DNA from: Squalus acanthias
Lineage: Eukaryota
Direction: 5' to 3'
DNA length: 64,000 nt
Assembly: GCA_030390025.1 (NCBI GenBank)
Contig: CM059432.1
Coordinates: forward strand, 92,506,001-92,570,000
In this document: piece after piece, positions 1 through 11,759 of the stretch
Numbering within the stretch: the first letter of the stretch is position 1
How the letters are laid out: each line of letters opens with the position of its first letter
Position numbers and translations under genes: made by a program
Notes under the pieces: model-generated
The model's input: only the letters and a program-made list of their open reading frames with translations
What the model was told of the DNA's origin: nothing
The model's database searches: none

Positions 1-129
1 AGATTGGACCTCAGACGAGGACTAATATGACCAGCACCAGCAGCAGCCTGCTCATCAGAGACCTGTAGCTGGACAGCAGAGAGGGGAGCTGCAGAGAGGG
101 GAGCAGCAGAGGGGTGCAGCTTGCAGGAG

Positions 130-665
130 GCACTACCCGCAAAATAGGGTCTACATTCAGAGGCTGAGCTTGCTTGACATGTCTGACCAGCAGTGTCTCA
201 GGAGGCTCAGGTTGTTGCATCAGGTGGTGGCAGACATCTGCAGCCTCCTAGAAGAGGACCTGCTCCCTGCTGGACCTGATGGCCATGCGTTACCAGTGGC
301 TGTCAAATTCACCACCACCCTCTAACATTTTGCCACCGGATACTTCCAGGGCTCTGCTGGAGACATATCCAGGATCTCCCAGTCAGCGGCCCACAAATGC
401 ATAAGACAGGTGGCTGATGGGTTGTTTGCCAGGACCGGGAATTATGTCAACTTTACCTGCGATGACGCCAGTCAGAATGAGTGGGCGCTCGGATTTGTGG
501 CTCTGGCTGGCGTTCCACAGGTGCACGGCGTCATTGACTGTACACAAGTGGCAATCTGGGCACCCCCCAGATCACCCAGGAGTATTCATCAACCGCAAGG
601 GCTTCCACTCCATCAATGTGCAGCTGTTGTGCAACCACAAAAAGATATTTCTGCAGTTTTCACCG
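130..665 (+). mobile_element. PIF/Harbinger transposase remnant (HARBI1-like DDE), disrupted
   Basis: Translates across stops and frameshifts as ...FATGYFQGSAGDISRISQSAAHKCIRQVADGL...GVPQVHGVIDCTQVAI...FINRKGFHSINVQLLCNH, matching the Harbinger GxIDCTH and NRKGFHSINVQ motifs. Confidence 0.85.
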
Positions 666-790
666 TCTTTTTCTGGTGCTAATCCGTAACTATGAGTTTT
701 TTTTAAGTTCAATTCCACAACTTGCCATGGTGGGTTTTAAACTCATGACCTCTGAGTTGCTAGCCCAGTACCATACCCACAAGGCAACCA
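665..790 (-). mobile_element. 5' head fragment of the tRNA-headed SINE/LINE family
   Basis: Similar to 6620-6740 and 54700-54830 (plus-strand ...ccatggtgggttttaaactcatgacctctgagttgctagcccagtaccat). Confidence 0.65.
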
Positions 791-1129
791 TGTGAGGATC
801 TGCATTCAAAAGGAGCAAGGAAGATAGGGGTAGCAGTTGGTTCGTGCCCGTTTTCAGGCACCGAATCAGCGTTCCACATGCAGCCCCATGCCTGAACACG
901 TTGGCGCCGTTAAGTAGAGAAATTGGTACCTGTGCCTCATTAACATAGAACAGGCAGGCTGCCAGCACTACTCATGCTGTTCATTGGCTGCTCGCCTAAA
1001 CAGGGCCCAAAAATGATGTCTCCATGACACTATTTAAAGACAGCCTGCACCTGTTAAAGGGGAGGTGCTCTTTGGCTGCTGAACACTGGAACCTGCCGTG
1101 GACATTTCAGACTTGCCTGAAACAGGTGC

Positions 1130-1380
1130 TGTGAGGGCCTCCAGGTTCTCAGATGCTGGACTGGGGGTCCCAGTGGAAGTGGTCCACCGAAGGATTGAGG
1201 TGCTGTTCCCGCCCGGGGTGGGGGGTGGGGGGAGAGAGGTGGTGGTCAAAGAACATATAGACAAGTGACCAGGGCAGTAGTGGCAAGAGGTGCCAGAGGA
1301 GGTTAATGCCAGGAGCATTGCATCTAGGACCTAGCTGTAATGCCGCAAGAGGTTCAATGATCTCAGCAGGGTTGCTAAGT
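1130..1380 (+). mobile_element. Harbinger Myb/SANT (trihelix) accessory ORF remnant
   Basis: Translates RASRFSDAGLGVPVEVVHRRIEVLFP...WQEVPEEVNARSIASRT*L*CRKRFNDLSRVAK, typical of Harbinger Myb-like proteins. Confidence 0.7.
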
Positions 1381-1731
1381 TGGATTCCTAACTCAGATTT
1401 CGCATGATTCGCTCCTCAGCTTAGCACGATCTGTAGCCCAACTACTCACTGGCCTTCGCTCCCCTACTTCCCTTCACTCTCCTGCATTCACTGCACCACA
1501 CTTCACTCCACCTCCTTCTGCTACTACTCACATACACCACAGCTGCTTATCTCCTCGCTATTTCTTCCTGCACTTCCCCACAGTTCTACCACCGTGGAGG
1601 CAGAAGCAAGTAGCTGCATAATTAAGGGAATTTAGAGAGATGTAGATACAGAACAAACAGGAGGAAATTGGTAAACGGTACCTCCATATTTTATTGCTTT
1701 ACAATCTTTGACTGAGGTTTAAGGACTTGAA

Positions 1732-2160
1732 AAGGACTTGCATTTATATAGCACATTTCACAACCTTAGGATGTTCCAAAGCAGTTTGTAGCCAATGAAG
1801 TACTCTTGGAGTGTAGTATCTGTTGTAATGTATAGAATTGCAGCAATCAATTTGCACACAGGAAGCTGCCACAAACTGCAATGAGATACGTGACCAGATA
1901 ATTGTGTTTTTAGTGATGTTGATTGAGGGATAAATACTGGTTAGGACACCGGGGAGAACTTCCCTGCTCTTCTTCAAATAGTGCCATGGGGCCTTTTACA
2001 GTCACCTGAGAGATCAGATGGGGCCTCGGTTTAACATCTCTGAAAGAGATGTATCTCCGACATTGCAGCACTCCCTCAGAACTGCACTGGAGTGTCAGCT
2101 TGGATTGTGAGCTCAACTCTGGAGTGGGGCTTGAACTCACAACCTTCTGACTCAGAGGCA
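1732..2160 (-). mobile_element. SacSINE1-like DeuSINE
   Basis: Reverse complement of the 12282-12728 copy: tRNA-like head, central domain, tail gtgctatataaatgcaagt. Confidence 0.8.
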
Positions 2161-2202
2161 CTTTGTGCTAAACCAATCCATACAAAGTAGCTGCTAAATA
2201 TT

Positions 2203-2946
2203 GGCCCAGAAATTGATCTCGCTCTGTTCCCGCGGGGGTAAGGAGCAGGCGCGATCTCTCACTCCGCGTTGGCTTTTTCAGATCCAGCTCGCACGAACTT
2301 GATGTTCTAGACATCAGCTGGGCAGTGCTTGCGTATCCCACCGGCGTAGTGAATTCGTGCGACCTGTGGGATCACGTGACTCAGTTAGAGCCAATGGCAG
2401 CACACCATCTTCCATTCATAAGTTTCACATACGTGCTGTGAAAGCTATGAATCTTACACACCCCCAAAATAACAGCTAAACCTCAATTAAATTTTTTTTA
2501 AAAACCATCACATTAATAAAATAAGTATAGTTAAATAAATTAACCATTTTAAATAAAAAATGAAATTTTTGAAAAAATTTAAAATCTTTTAAAAAGTTAT
2601 AAAAATAAACTTACCTGTCTTTAAAGACTCTAAAAAAGATATACCTGTTAAAAAAAATTCAAAATAATACTTAATTCACTACTTACCTTGTTAAAAGTGG
2701 GTCTTACTCCTCCTTTTTTCATTTCTAAAATCTTCCGTCCTTACCTGCGCGTCCAAAGCACTAAGTGCACAGCGTGCGCGCAGCCTGTAGCGCGCACGCG
2801 GTGCACCGAGGACCCGCCCCCTTTTCCAAAGACCAAGTGCCGGTTTTCAGCGCATGCGCAGTGCATGCAGAAAACCGGCAATTGGAGAGAGAATACGCGA
2901 GAGTACACAGTGCGTACTCTCGCGTAGCGGGATCAATTTTTGGCCC
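2203..2946. mobile_element. Non-autonomous DNA transposon (MITE, Harbinger-type ends)
   Basis: TIRs ggcccagaaattgatctcgct / agcgggatcaatttttggccc; flanks att / aat; AT-rich core and internal hairpins. Confidence 0.75.
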
Positions 2947-3019
2947 AATATTTTATGTTTGCCTACATAACAGTTACTACACTCCAGAAGTAATTCACTA
3001 TGTTTCGTGCTTTAGGAAC

Positions 3020-3545
3020 AGGAATAGGCAATTCAGCTCTTCAAGCCTGTTCTGCCATTCAGTTCGATAATGGCTGATGTGTACCTCAACCTCATTTACC
3101 CACATTTGATCTATATCCCTTAATTCCTTTACCCAACAAAAATCTACTGATCACAATCTTGGTTTGACCAAGGCTCTATACAACTGAAGTATCACTTCCT
3201 CACTTTTGTATTCCAGCCCCACTGAGGTAAATTCCAACATTTCATTAACCTTTTTTGATTACTTTTTGTACTTGTGAACTAGCTTTTAGTGATTTCTGTA
3301 CCTGAACACCTAAATCCCTTTGCACCTCCATAGCTCCTAGTCTCTCACCATTAAGAAAATAACTTCCCCACATTGAACTCCATCTGCCATAGTTTTGCCC
3401 ACTCACTCAGTCTGTCTATGTCCCTATGTAACTTCCTGCTCCCATCTTTACAATTTACTGTGCCTCCTAACTTAATGCCATCTGCAAAATTGGATATAAA
3501 AACTATTCGTTCATCCAAATCATTAATATATATTTTAAACATGAA
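3020..3545 (-). mobile_element. CR1 LINE fragment (RT and 3' tail, internally deleted)
   Basis: ORF 3351-3551 YINDLD...FADGIKLGG...WQMEFNV; CR1 3' tail near 3020-3140. Confidence 0.8.
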
Positions 3546-4204
3546 AACCAAGTATCATCATTATTTTCATACCTCTGTACATGCACAAGTACCCAGATGT
3601 GAAACATGTCACAAGGATTTTTCACATCCCTCGCACTGCTTGTCATCTCTCATCAGTGGTGAATGAGCTAGCAAGTGAATACAATAGAGAATAAACTAGT
3701 GATAATGTAAGCTGGTAAACCAGGTTGCAGGAATTTGTCCTGATATTCAGTTTGTGTTTATTGGCAATCTAGGGGTGACTTATACACTGAACTGGATGAG
3801 TGGGATTGGTGTTGAGCTTTTTTGATCACATGCAAGTTTGAGAGCCCATTCTCACCTCCCCCTCGCCCAGCCAATCGCTCGCCCATACATATGGCACAAA
3901 AGTTCCCACCCACAGTTGTCAAGTTCTGTAATACAATTTCAGTGAGGTTATTGGGCAAGATGGACCAATCAACAGGATATGACAGAAAGTCCTCATACGA
4001 ACTTTAAAATTGCTGTTCACCTGTATTATTGTGACTTCTGCAGTGAACCTGCTGAATTGGGTATCTTTTACAAATACAATCAAATAGGAAATAAAAAGAT
4101 ACAACCCAAAGATGCACATTCAATCACAAATAGGTAGAGATGCTATTAGCTGATCTTTGCCAGAGGAACAGTAGGGGAATTACATTTGATTTCAATATGT
4201 TTAG

Positions 4205-4470
4205 GTTAGAGAGGAGAAAATCAGCCAGGATTGTTGCTGTTGTTTGATACCCAGCTATTCGACTGGAAGTGCACAAGTGTGGATATCGGGTAAAGACAAG
4301 ATCAGGCTCAACTTCAATGCCCTGTGGTCATATAGCTGGACAACGCTCACTGCCTGGGATCAGACATAAAGAATGGCTACATGGACAAAGCACTGGAGAA
4401 CCATCCACATCTATAGAAGCACACCACAGGCAAGGCCATCAATGCCATTTGGAGAAGAGTAAGGGGGAAG
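4205..4470 (+). mobile_element. Ancient SINE body (MER131-like family)
   Basis: aaaatcagccagg...ctggaagtgc...gtgtggatatcgggt...gaatggctac shared with many diverged copies in the window. Confidence 0.55.
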
Positions 4471-6004
4471 GGAGAGAGGGAAATAGTTTCAAGACTGAAT
4501 TGAAAGAATATAATTAAAAAGTGAAATGTGGTATATGAATACAAGGAGAGATTTTGGCCCCCATCCCAAAACCCTGGTTCCCTTTCTCTCTTGCTCCAGG
4601 TTTCTTCTGCTCTGAAAATGCTGCTTCTATTTGCAGCCGAACTAGGCAAAATCATAATTCAAGCAATGCTTGACCTGGATGACTCAATAGCTAAACCTGA
4701 ATAAAGAGACAAGAAGAAGTTCAGCTTTACATTAAAATCCTAATGCAAAATATCAATATTTAATCCACTAGCCTTTTAAAGTATACGAGCAGTAATGTTT
4801 CAGCAGCCTATAGTAATAAGGTTTTATGAAGTCTAAAGTACTCGACTCCAAATTGATTTTACACAATATTAAGAAAAATAGCTCCTTCTGCTAGATGCTC
4901 TGCGTGACTGGCTTTAACTGTGCCATTGCTGTGCAATGCACAGTAGTACCATGTTTCTATTACTTGCGTGTGTTTTTGTAAGACTTTATTGTAACAAATT
5001 TTATATTGCTGAAAAGAGACCTTTTTCTTATGGAATGTTGAGCACTATAGCAGTTGTTGAAAGATCAAAAACTCACCAAAATCCACTTGCCTGACATCCC
5101 TGCATACCACTACCAATTAAACAGCAACAGATAATCATTTAAAAAGGGGGATAATTTTTGTCCAAGATCATCTTGAATCCTCTTGGACTGCAGTGGGTGC
5201 TTTTTCCTCTTTGAAGACTGCGAGCATTGACAGCTTCTACATCTGCAATGAATGTGTTTAATCCTCTCCAGTGAGTATCCATTACTGCCCAGGATCCCGT
5301 GATCCCTGCTGGATAAAGTGTCCACTTCATGCCGAACAATGGGCTGAGGTCGAGTCACTTTGGTTTGTCATGGAGACAGGAGATCGTAAATATAAGAAAA
5401 GCTGCTCGCCCGGACAGCATGGGGCATCTGGTTGCGAGATGTCGCAGGGGCCGTTGTTATTGTCTCGTTTCGCAAGAGTCGCATGACCTGCTCGACCTGC
5501 ACTCCCCAAACATATTTTCTGTCAAAACACAGCGGAGACTCAACAAACAGAAAGCCTTTTCTTATTTAATGGAGTGAAAATGGCTGGACTCGATGGTCAA
5601 CTGCTTCTGATCACCATCACAAATGCGGCTTTAGTCTTTCTCAGGGTGGCAGGCCTGGAGCTGGGTCTTTGCTTTGTTGTTTTCCTGTGTGTGTATTTTT
5701 GTTTGTGTTTGGCCTGGGACAGGAGGAGATCGCCGGCTTTCCCACGCTTGGCCTTGCAACTCCTTGCTTTTTTTGTTATCATTCACATCACTTCTTGTAA
5801 TGAACTCAGGCTCTTATCAGGCCAGGATACGGGTGTCCTCACAGTATTAGATTAGCAATCCTGTTAAAGTCATTCAAAAAGAAAACGGGGAAAAGTCAAG
5901 TCATCTAAAAAAAATTGATTGAAAGCGCTGTTTCCCTGCTCCTCCCAACTACCACCACCACCCATTCCTGCTCAAGACAGTCCATGCCAGACAGGCACTG
6001 ACTT

Positions 6005-6740
6005 TAAAAAAAATTGTTCTCAGGATGTCTTCTTCTTCTTAGGCAGTCCCTCGGAACTGAGAATGACTTGCTTCCACACTAAAAATGAGTTCTCAAGTGA
6101 CTGATGAGTCCAATGCAGGACCTACAGTCTCTGTCACAGGTGGGGCAGACGGTGGTTGAAGGGGCGGGTGGGTGGGGTGCTTGGGTTGACGTGCGCTCCT
6201 TCCGCTTGGCTTCCGCTTGCTCCCGGCGAAGAGACTCGAGGTGTTCGCCGCCTTCCCGGAGGCTTCTCCTCCACTTTGTGTGGTCTTGGGCCAGGGATTC
6301 CCAGGTGTCGGTGGGGATGTTGTACTTTTTCAAGGAGGCTTTGAGGGTGTCCTTGAAGCGTTTCTTCTGCCCACCTGGGGCTCTCTTGCCGTGTCGGAGC
6401 TCCGAGTGGAGCGCTTGTTTTGGGCGTCTCAGGATGCGGGTGAAGCTGGAAAGGCAGCATTTATTTCCCATCCCTGGCTGCTCTGAGGCATTAAAAGTCA
6501 ACCGCATAGTCTGGGGTCACATGTAGCACAGACTGTATAGAGGTGGGCAGCTTTCATTCCCTGAAGGACATTACTGAACCAGTGGGTTTTTATGACAATC
6601 CGGCAACTTTCAGGTCATTTTTTTGGTGCCAGTCCACAAATTGCCAGATTTTTTTTTAGTTCAATTTCACAACTTGCCCTGGTGGGAATTGAACTCATGA
6701 CCTCTGGGTTACTAGCCCAATATCATAAGCACTAGGCTAC
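6005..6740 (-). mobile_element. Short tRNA-headed SINE (head and tail of the 51749-54830 LINE), tail interrupted by an RTE
   Basis: 6485-6740 matches the LINE head 54540-54830; 6005-6027 plus 6437-6485 match the LINE tail 51749-51825. Confidence 0.75.
6028..6426 (-). mobile_element. RTE-clade LINE, 5'-truncated
   Basis: C-terminal RRPKQALHSEL...GGQKKRFKDTLK...CPTCDRDCRSCIGLISHLRTH; (AAG)n tail; 10-bp TSD tctcaggatg at 6018-6027 and 6427-6436. Confidence 0.9.
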
Positions 6741-6999
6741 TGTGTGAAGATTTGCATTCAAAAAAAGCAAGAAACAGATTCTTAATAGTAATTCTAATTC
6801 TTTCCAGACCTAGAACTTGGTATCTATTATTCAAATAGCAGCAACTGTTTCCTGTAAATTTTAATAATTTCTCTAATGGGATTTGAAGTCTCAAAGAAAG
6901 AGACTTTAAAATATATATTTCTATACAGTCAAACTCACACCATAGAATAGTTACATTTCCTGATGTTCATGTTTTATGAAGTTTTGGGCCCTATATTGT

Positions 7000-7830
7000 T
7001 CTAAATAACATTAACAACTTGAATTCAGGAGCTCAATACAAATTGGTCAAAATATGTAGATTATGAAAAATTAGAAGGATCGGTTGAATCTGAGGATACA
7101 GCTCAGGAAATATAAAATGAATCAGACAAAATGTGTAAGTGGGTGAACAATGGCAGGTGAAATTTAATATGGACAACTGTAAAGTACTGCACATATGGAA
7201 AGAAATAGACAATACATGAACTCTATGAATGGTGTCAAATAGCCAAGGAAGAAACTGGAAGAGATTTGAGGGTTATAGTAGACTTGGCACTTAACATGGC
7301 TAATCACTGCAGAGCAGCAATCAACATAGCTAATAGAATGAGCTATATAGCCAAAATAATAGATTACAAAATCAGAGGAAGGCATGCTCAAATGGTATTG
7401 TGCTGTGGTCAGACCATTGCTTGTGTACTTTGTGTAGTTTAGTCAAACTCTGGAGATGGTTCTGTAAATAGCCAGGACACTGATCCTTATTGTCAAATGA
7501 CTAAGTTATGGAGACGCTTCAAGTTTTCAGCCTTGAAAGGAGGTTAATGATTGGCGATCTTCTAGAGGTGTAAGAGATAGTAAGTAGCATTGAAAAGCTA
7601 GATCCAGAACACTACTTCAAACTAAATCACTCAGTAGAACAATGGTTAAAACTAGGAAAAAGCAAATTTGGGACAATTGTAAGGAAGTTCTTCACACGAG
7701 AAAGGATCAACACGTGGAATGGATTTTCAGGGGTAGTGGAGGCAAAAACATTTAAGAAACAGTATCAGGATAGAGGGAGTGTAGGATCATTCTGGATGGA
7801 TTGGCTGATGATCATCCTTCTACCTATCTC
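7000..7830 (+). mobile_element. Old degenerate CR1 LINE 3' portion
   Basis: Degenerate WQVKFN...KCKVLH, LVRP.LEY-like segments and CR1 tail. Confidence 0.6.
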
Positions 7831-8719
7831 ATAATCCATACACTAGCTTCAAGCAAGGACATCCAAATCACCTTGTTCCTTACCATTTAGAAAATACTCC
7901 AATTAGTCTTATATTCTTGGAGGGGAGATAACGCGGTTGGGGGTGTAGGGGGGAAATTGTCTACTAAAAAGAATAAGCTATTTATTGTTAGGCACCAGTA
8001 GGATTTATCCAAAGTCATCTTAATTCTTTCTGGTCCCTTACACACAGTAAAAAGTGCATATCATAATCTGTAAACTACTCCACCCTCTCTTTTAACACCT
8101 TTCTTTCAATTACACAACAGAAGGTTTATTTTAATTGATCCATAAAGAACAATGAAAACATCTTACCCAGTGGGAAACATTTGAACATGTTGACTTTCTA
8201 TTGAATTTAGGTATTCATCAAATCTTTTTCAATTTATGTTTTGTGGTTTTAACATCTCAACATTTTGAAGGTCGACGCACTGCTTGCACAACAGAAATGA
8301 TCACGTCCTTTTCATAAATAAATGCTGAAAATTGAGCGGAGAGCAGTAAACGGGTTTCTGAAATGCTTTGGGAAGATTCCATGTGGGAATATCATTGCCA
8401 GCAGTGCATAGAGGTCATACAAGGAAACACAGTTTTGGAAAGACATTTCTACACTAGGCATCATTTATATAAAATTAATCACAATTATATCCTTTACCTT
8501 TTAACTTCATTCTTTTTAGTCAAAGTACAAAACATGCAACATTCCCAAAATGTTCAATTACTGTAGTTATGTTCCTCTGTCAGTAAGTTGTTCAGACCCA
8601 AAAATATTGTCCCGAGGTGCATTCACATTTTTATAATGGTTTCACTTGATTTGGCATCTTAGCTATTCGAAATTTTTCACCTTTATTTATTATTACAAAT
8701 GTATGATCGCTTAAAGGGT

Positions 8720-9100
8720 CACTCCTGTGCATCAGTGGGTAAATGCACTGTGTGATCTGGCACTAAGTATACAAGTTCCGAGTTTGATAACTGGCATCTG
8801 CTGAGTTAGTTCATTTCAGCTCAGGAGATGGAATCATTGCAATTAGCCTTAGGCATGGACAGAGGAAAACGAGACAGCTCTTGCTCTTGATTGCTATCCA
8901 GTAATCCCTATTAGAACATACATGAACACAAACATTCACAAGGATAGGATTAGCTTCACTGTGATGTCTTCATGATTGGATAGCCCGCCAACATTCACTG
9001 TCTAGGCACACGAGGTACCGGAGGACAGCCAGTGCCCATGAAATTGTACCCCACTATGAGTCAGTGCCATCAGGACAGTGGGTGAGAATCTAGATGGGGG
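8720..9100 (+). mobile_element. Ancient SINE (MER131-like family)
   Basis: tRNA-like head plus the body shared with 21795-22145 and 49715-50105. Confidence 0.55.
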
Positions 9101-9279
9101 AAAACGTATGGAACATATTTTAAATAAGCACAAGTAAAACCATTTGGAAATATAAAAATGACATGTCTTGCGAGATTCAATTAAATTAACTTTGTTCTTA
9201 GTTTTAGATTTATATTAATTCCCCCGATGGCTCAATAGGTGAATGTACTGCACGAAATAAATGTTACAAATGAGGAATA

Positions 9280-9722
9280 GAAAGAAGGAAAGAACTTGCC
9301 TCTTTATAGTTCCGTTTACAACCTCAGGACATCTCAAAAGTGTTTTACAGCCAATTAAGTACTTTTGAAAAGGTGACGATATAATCTGTATTAAATGAGT
9401 TGGTTAAGGGATAAATGTTGACCAAGACATCAGAAGAACTCCCTTTTTTTTCCAAATAGTGCCATAGAACATTTGATGTCCACCTGAGCAGGCAAATGGG
9501 GCCTTACTTTAACATTTTATCCAAAGGATGGCACCTCTGACAATGCAACACTCCCTCAGTACTGCACTGAAGTATCAGCCTAGATTACAACTCACATTGA
9601 TACAGCATCTTTAACATAGAAAAACATTCCAAGGTGCTTCACAGAATTGTAAATCAGACAAAAATATGCTCAAGTCTGGGGAGTGGGGCTTGGACCCATG
9701 ACCATCTGACTAAGAGAGCTAC
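9280..9722 (-). mobile_element. SacSINE1-like DeuSINE, degenerate, with a short internal L2-tail insert
   Basis: Similarity to 1732-2160; foreign segment at ~9590-9665. Confidence 0.65.
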
Positions 9723-9754
9723 CCGAGTCAATTTGAAACTATGACCAATGTTTA

Positions 9755-10020
9755 ATCTCTGGTGTGTGCCGAGTTGGATGGTATCAGCCAAAATGATGAT
9801 GTTGGTTATACAATTGTGTTAGAGAAGGGGAAATTTAGCCTGGATTCCCACTCTATCCAGTGATCCCTGGTGAAAAGTGTGCCTGTGAGGACAGCTGGTG
9901 AGGATAGAGACAGGCTTCAATGCAATGCCTTCCTTTGTAAACTCACACATGAATAGTCACTTGGTGAGTTATTGAAGGGCTAAAGGTGTGGACCTATATC
10001 CCAGCCTGAGTAGGAAGAGT
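9755..10020 (+). mobile_element. Ancient SINE (MER131-like family)
   Basis: ...tatccagtgatccctggtgaaaagtgtg...gaggatag...cacatgaatagtcacttgg family motifs. Confidence 0.5.
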
Positions 10021-10789
10021 GATAAAGAGAAGATTTTTTTTAAATGTAGTTTGAGCGAAGACAGCTTTCATAAAATCTCTGAATTCCTATTGCTGTATTA
10101 TATCAGTGTACACTGCTATGAATACAGTATAATACAAGTGTAATTTTGTAAGAAAGCTAATTATTTTTTAAATTGGACCATAAGAAGTATCATTTGTTTT
10201 TAGAGTTGCATTTATATTGAGCCATAGCATGTCTTTCAGAAACACCTCAACACATTTAACATACAGAAAATCACTTTAAAGTGTAAAACTTATGTAACAA
10301 CACATATTCCAACAAACATCCATGAGATTCAGGCAAAATCTTAGATACAAAATACATAAATCTTTGGTGATGAAGCCCCGATCATCTTATTGCTGGGTTT
10401 GTGTAATTCAATGGAACACTTAATACTTCTGTACAGATAGAATCATTTGAAGCTTTCCCATGGCCACTCAGGCTTAGAGCTTTGTAACGTTCTCACTGTG
10501 ACTCCGGTTAAGAGATGCAGTTCTGTCAGCAGCTGGGAGCTTCCTGTTCGAGCAGCACGTTAGTGCTGACAGAAACTGCATGAGCTGCTGCACTTTTTCC
10601 AGACTAAACACAAATACATCTGTCACATCTCAGAATCTTTGGGCATTTAGCCACAAAAGGAGTTTGGTATAATTTATATTAAAATAATGATATTAAGTCA
10701 AATTTAGCTCACAAGTGTTTTAAATCCCCACAACAACCAAAGGCTTGGTGGGGGGTGGGTGATGTGGGGGGAATGTTGCTCATCACATA

Positions 10790-11400
10790 TCATTTTGACT
10801 TGAGAATTTTTCTAACAAGCCTCTTGTGAGGCACCTTATCAAATGCCTTCTGAAAATTCACGTACACTACATCTATTGGCATTCCCGTTATCTATGCACT
10901 TCTTCAAAACATTATTACATTTGTCAAACATGACTTGCATAAGAACATAAGAAATAGGAGCAGGAGTAGGCCATTCGGCCCTTCGAGCCTGCTCCGCCAT
11001 TCAATGAGATCATGGCTGATCTTCTGCCTCAACTCCATTCACCGGCCCTATCGCCATATCCCTTGATGCCTTTACTAGTCAGAAATCTATCGACTTCTGT
11101 TTTGAATATACCCAATGACTGAGCCTCCACAGCCCTCTGGGGTAGAGAATTCCAAAGATTCACCACCTTGTGTGTGAAGAAATTTCTTCTCATCTCAGTC
11201 CTGAATGGCCTACCCTTTATCCTGAGGCTGTGGCCCCTGGTTCTAGACTCCCCAGCCAAGGGAAACATTCTCCCAGCATCCACCCTATCAAGCCCTGCTT
11301 CAATGAGATCCCCTCTCATTCTTCTGAATTCAAGAAAATACAGGCCTAGTTTACTCAATCTCTTCTTTTAAAAAATCCGCCCTAGCTGTCCTTGATTACA
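10790..11400 (-). mobile_element. CR1 LINE 3' end (10940-11368) nested in an older CR1 fragment
   Basis: ORF 11029-11358 LGLYFLEFRRMRGDLIE...TRGHSLRI...VVNLWNSLP; tail repeat cataagaacataagaa; older RT sequence (DFQKAFDKVPH) at 10790-10935. Confidence 0.85.
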
Positions 11401-11759
11401 CCATGCATTTCTAAATGTGCAATAATTTTATCTTGAATTATAGATTCTAAGATTTTGCCTGCTTTCTGCATTCACATACATACTACTCAATCCTGATTCC
11501 AGTTTTTTGGAATGTTGACCCTTGTTCTTTTACCTGGTTTTCTTTATATTCCTTACCCCTTCTCCAACAGTGTTTTTATCTCTCACAACCACATTGTCTC
11601 TTTCCCTTTCTCCTCTGCTAATATTTTCTCACCATTTATTTCATCTAAGCCTTCTGCTTCTATTTCAATAGTTTTAATAATCCTGCTCTCTCTCTAGTGT
11701 AGTAATAGACTTTCTCCACCCCCTGCCATATTAGTTTCAATCCTCCCCCATTGCTCTAC

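Noticed and set aside
4917..4944. Short hairpin actgtgccattgc-tgt-gcaatgcacagt as a miRNA or IRE
   Set aside because: The stem is too short with a 3-nt loop for a pre-miRNA, and there is no CAGUGN loop.
4660..5100. Joining the putative exons gives DFG|LAIE, resembling the CaMKII activation segment
   Set aside because: The frame is closed by stops shortly before and after, and no other kinase motifs are present; coincidence.
5714..5746. Paired RBPJ (SPS) site
   Set aside because: The partner half-site (CTGGGAC) is degenerate and the 18-nt spacing is outside the usual 15-17.
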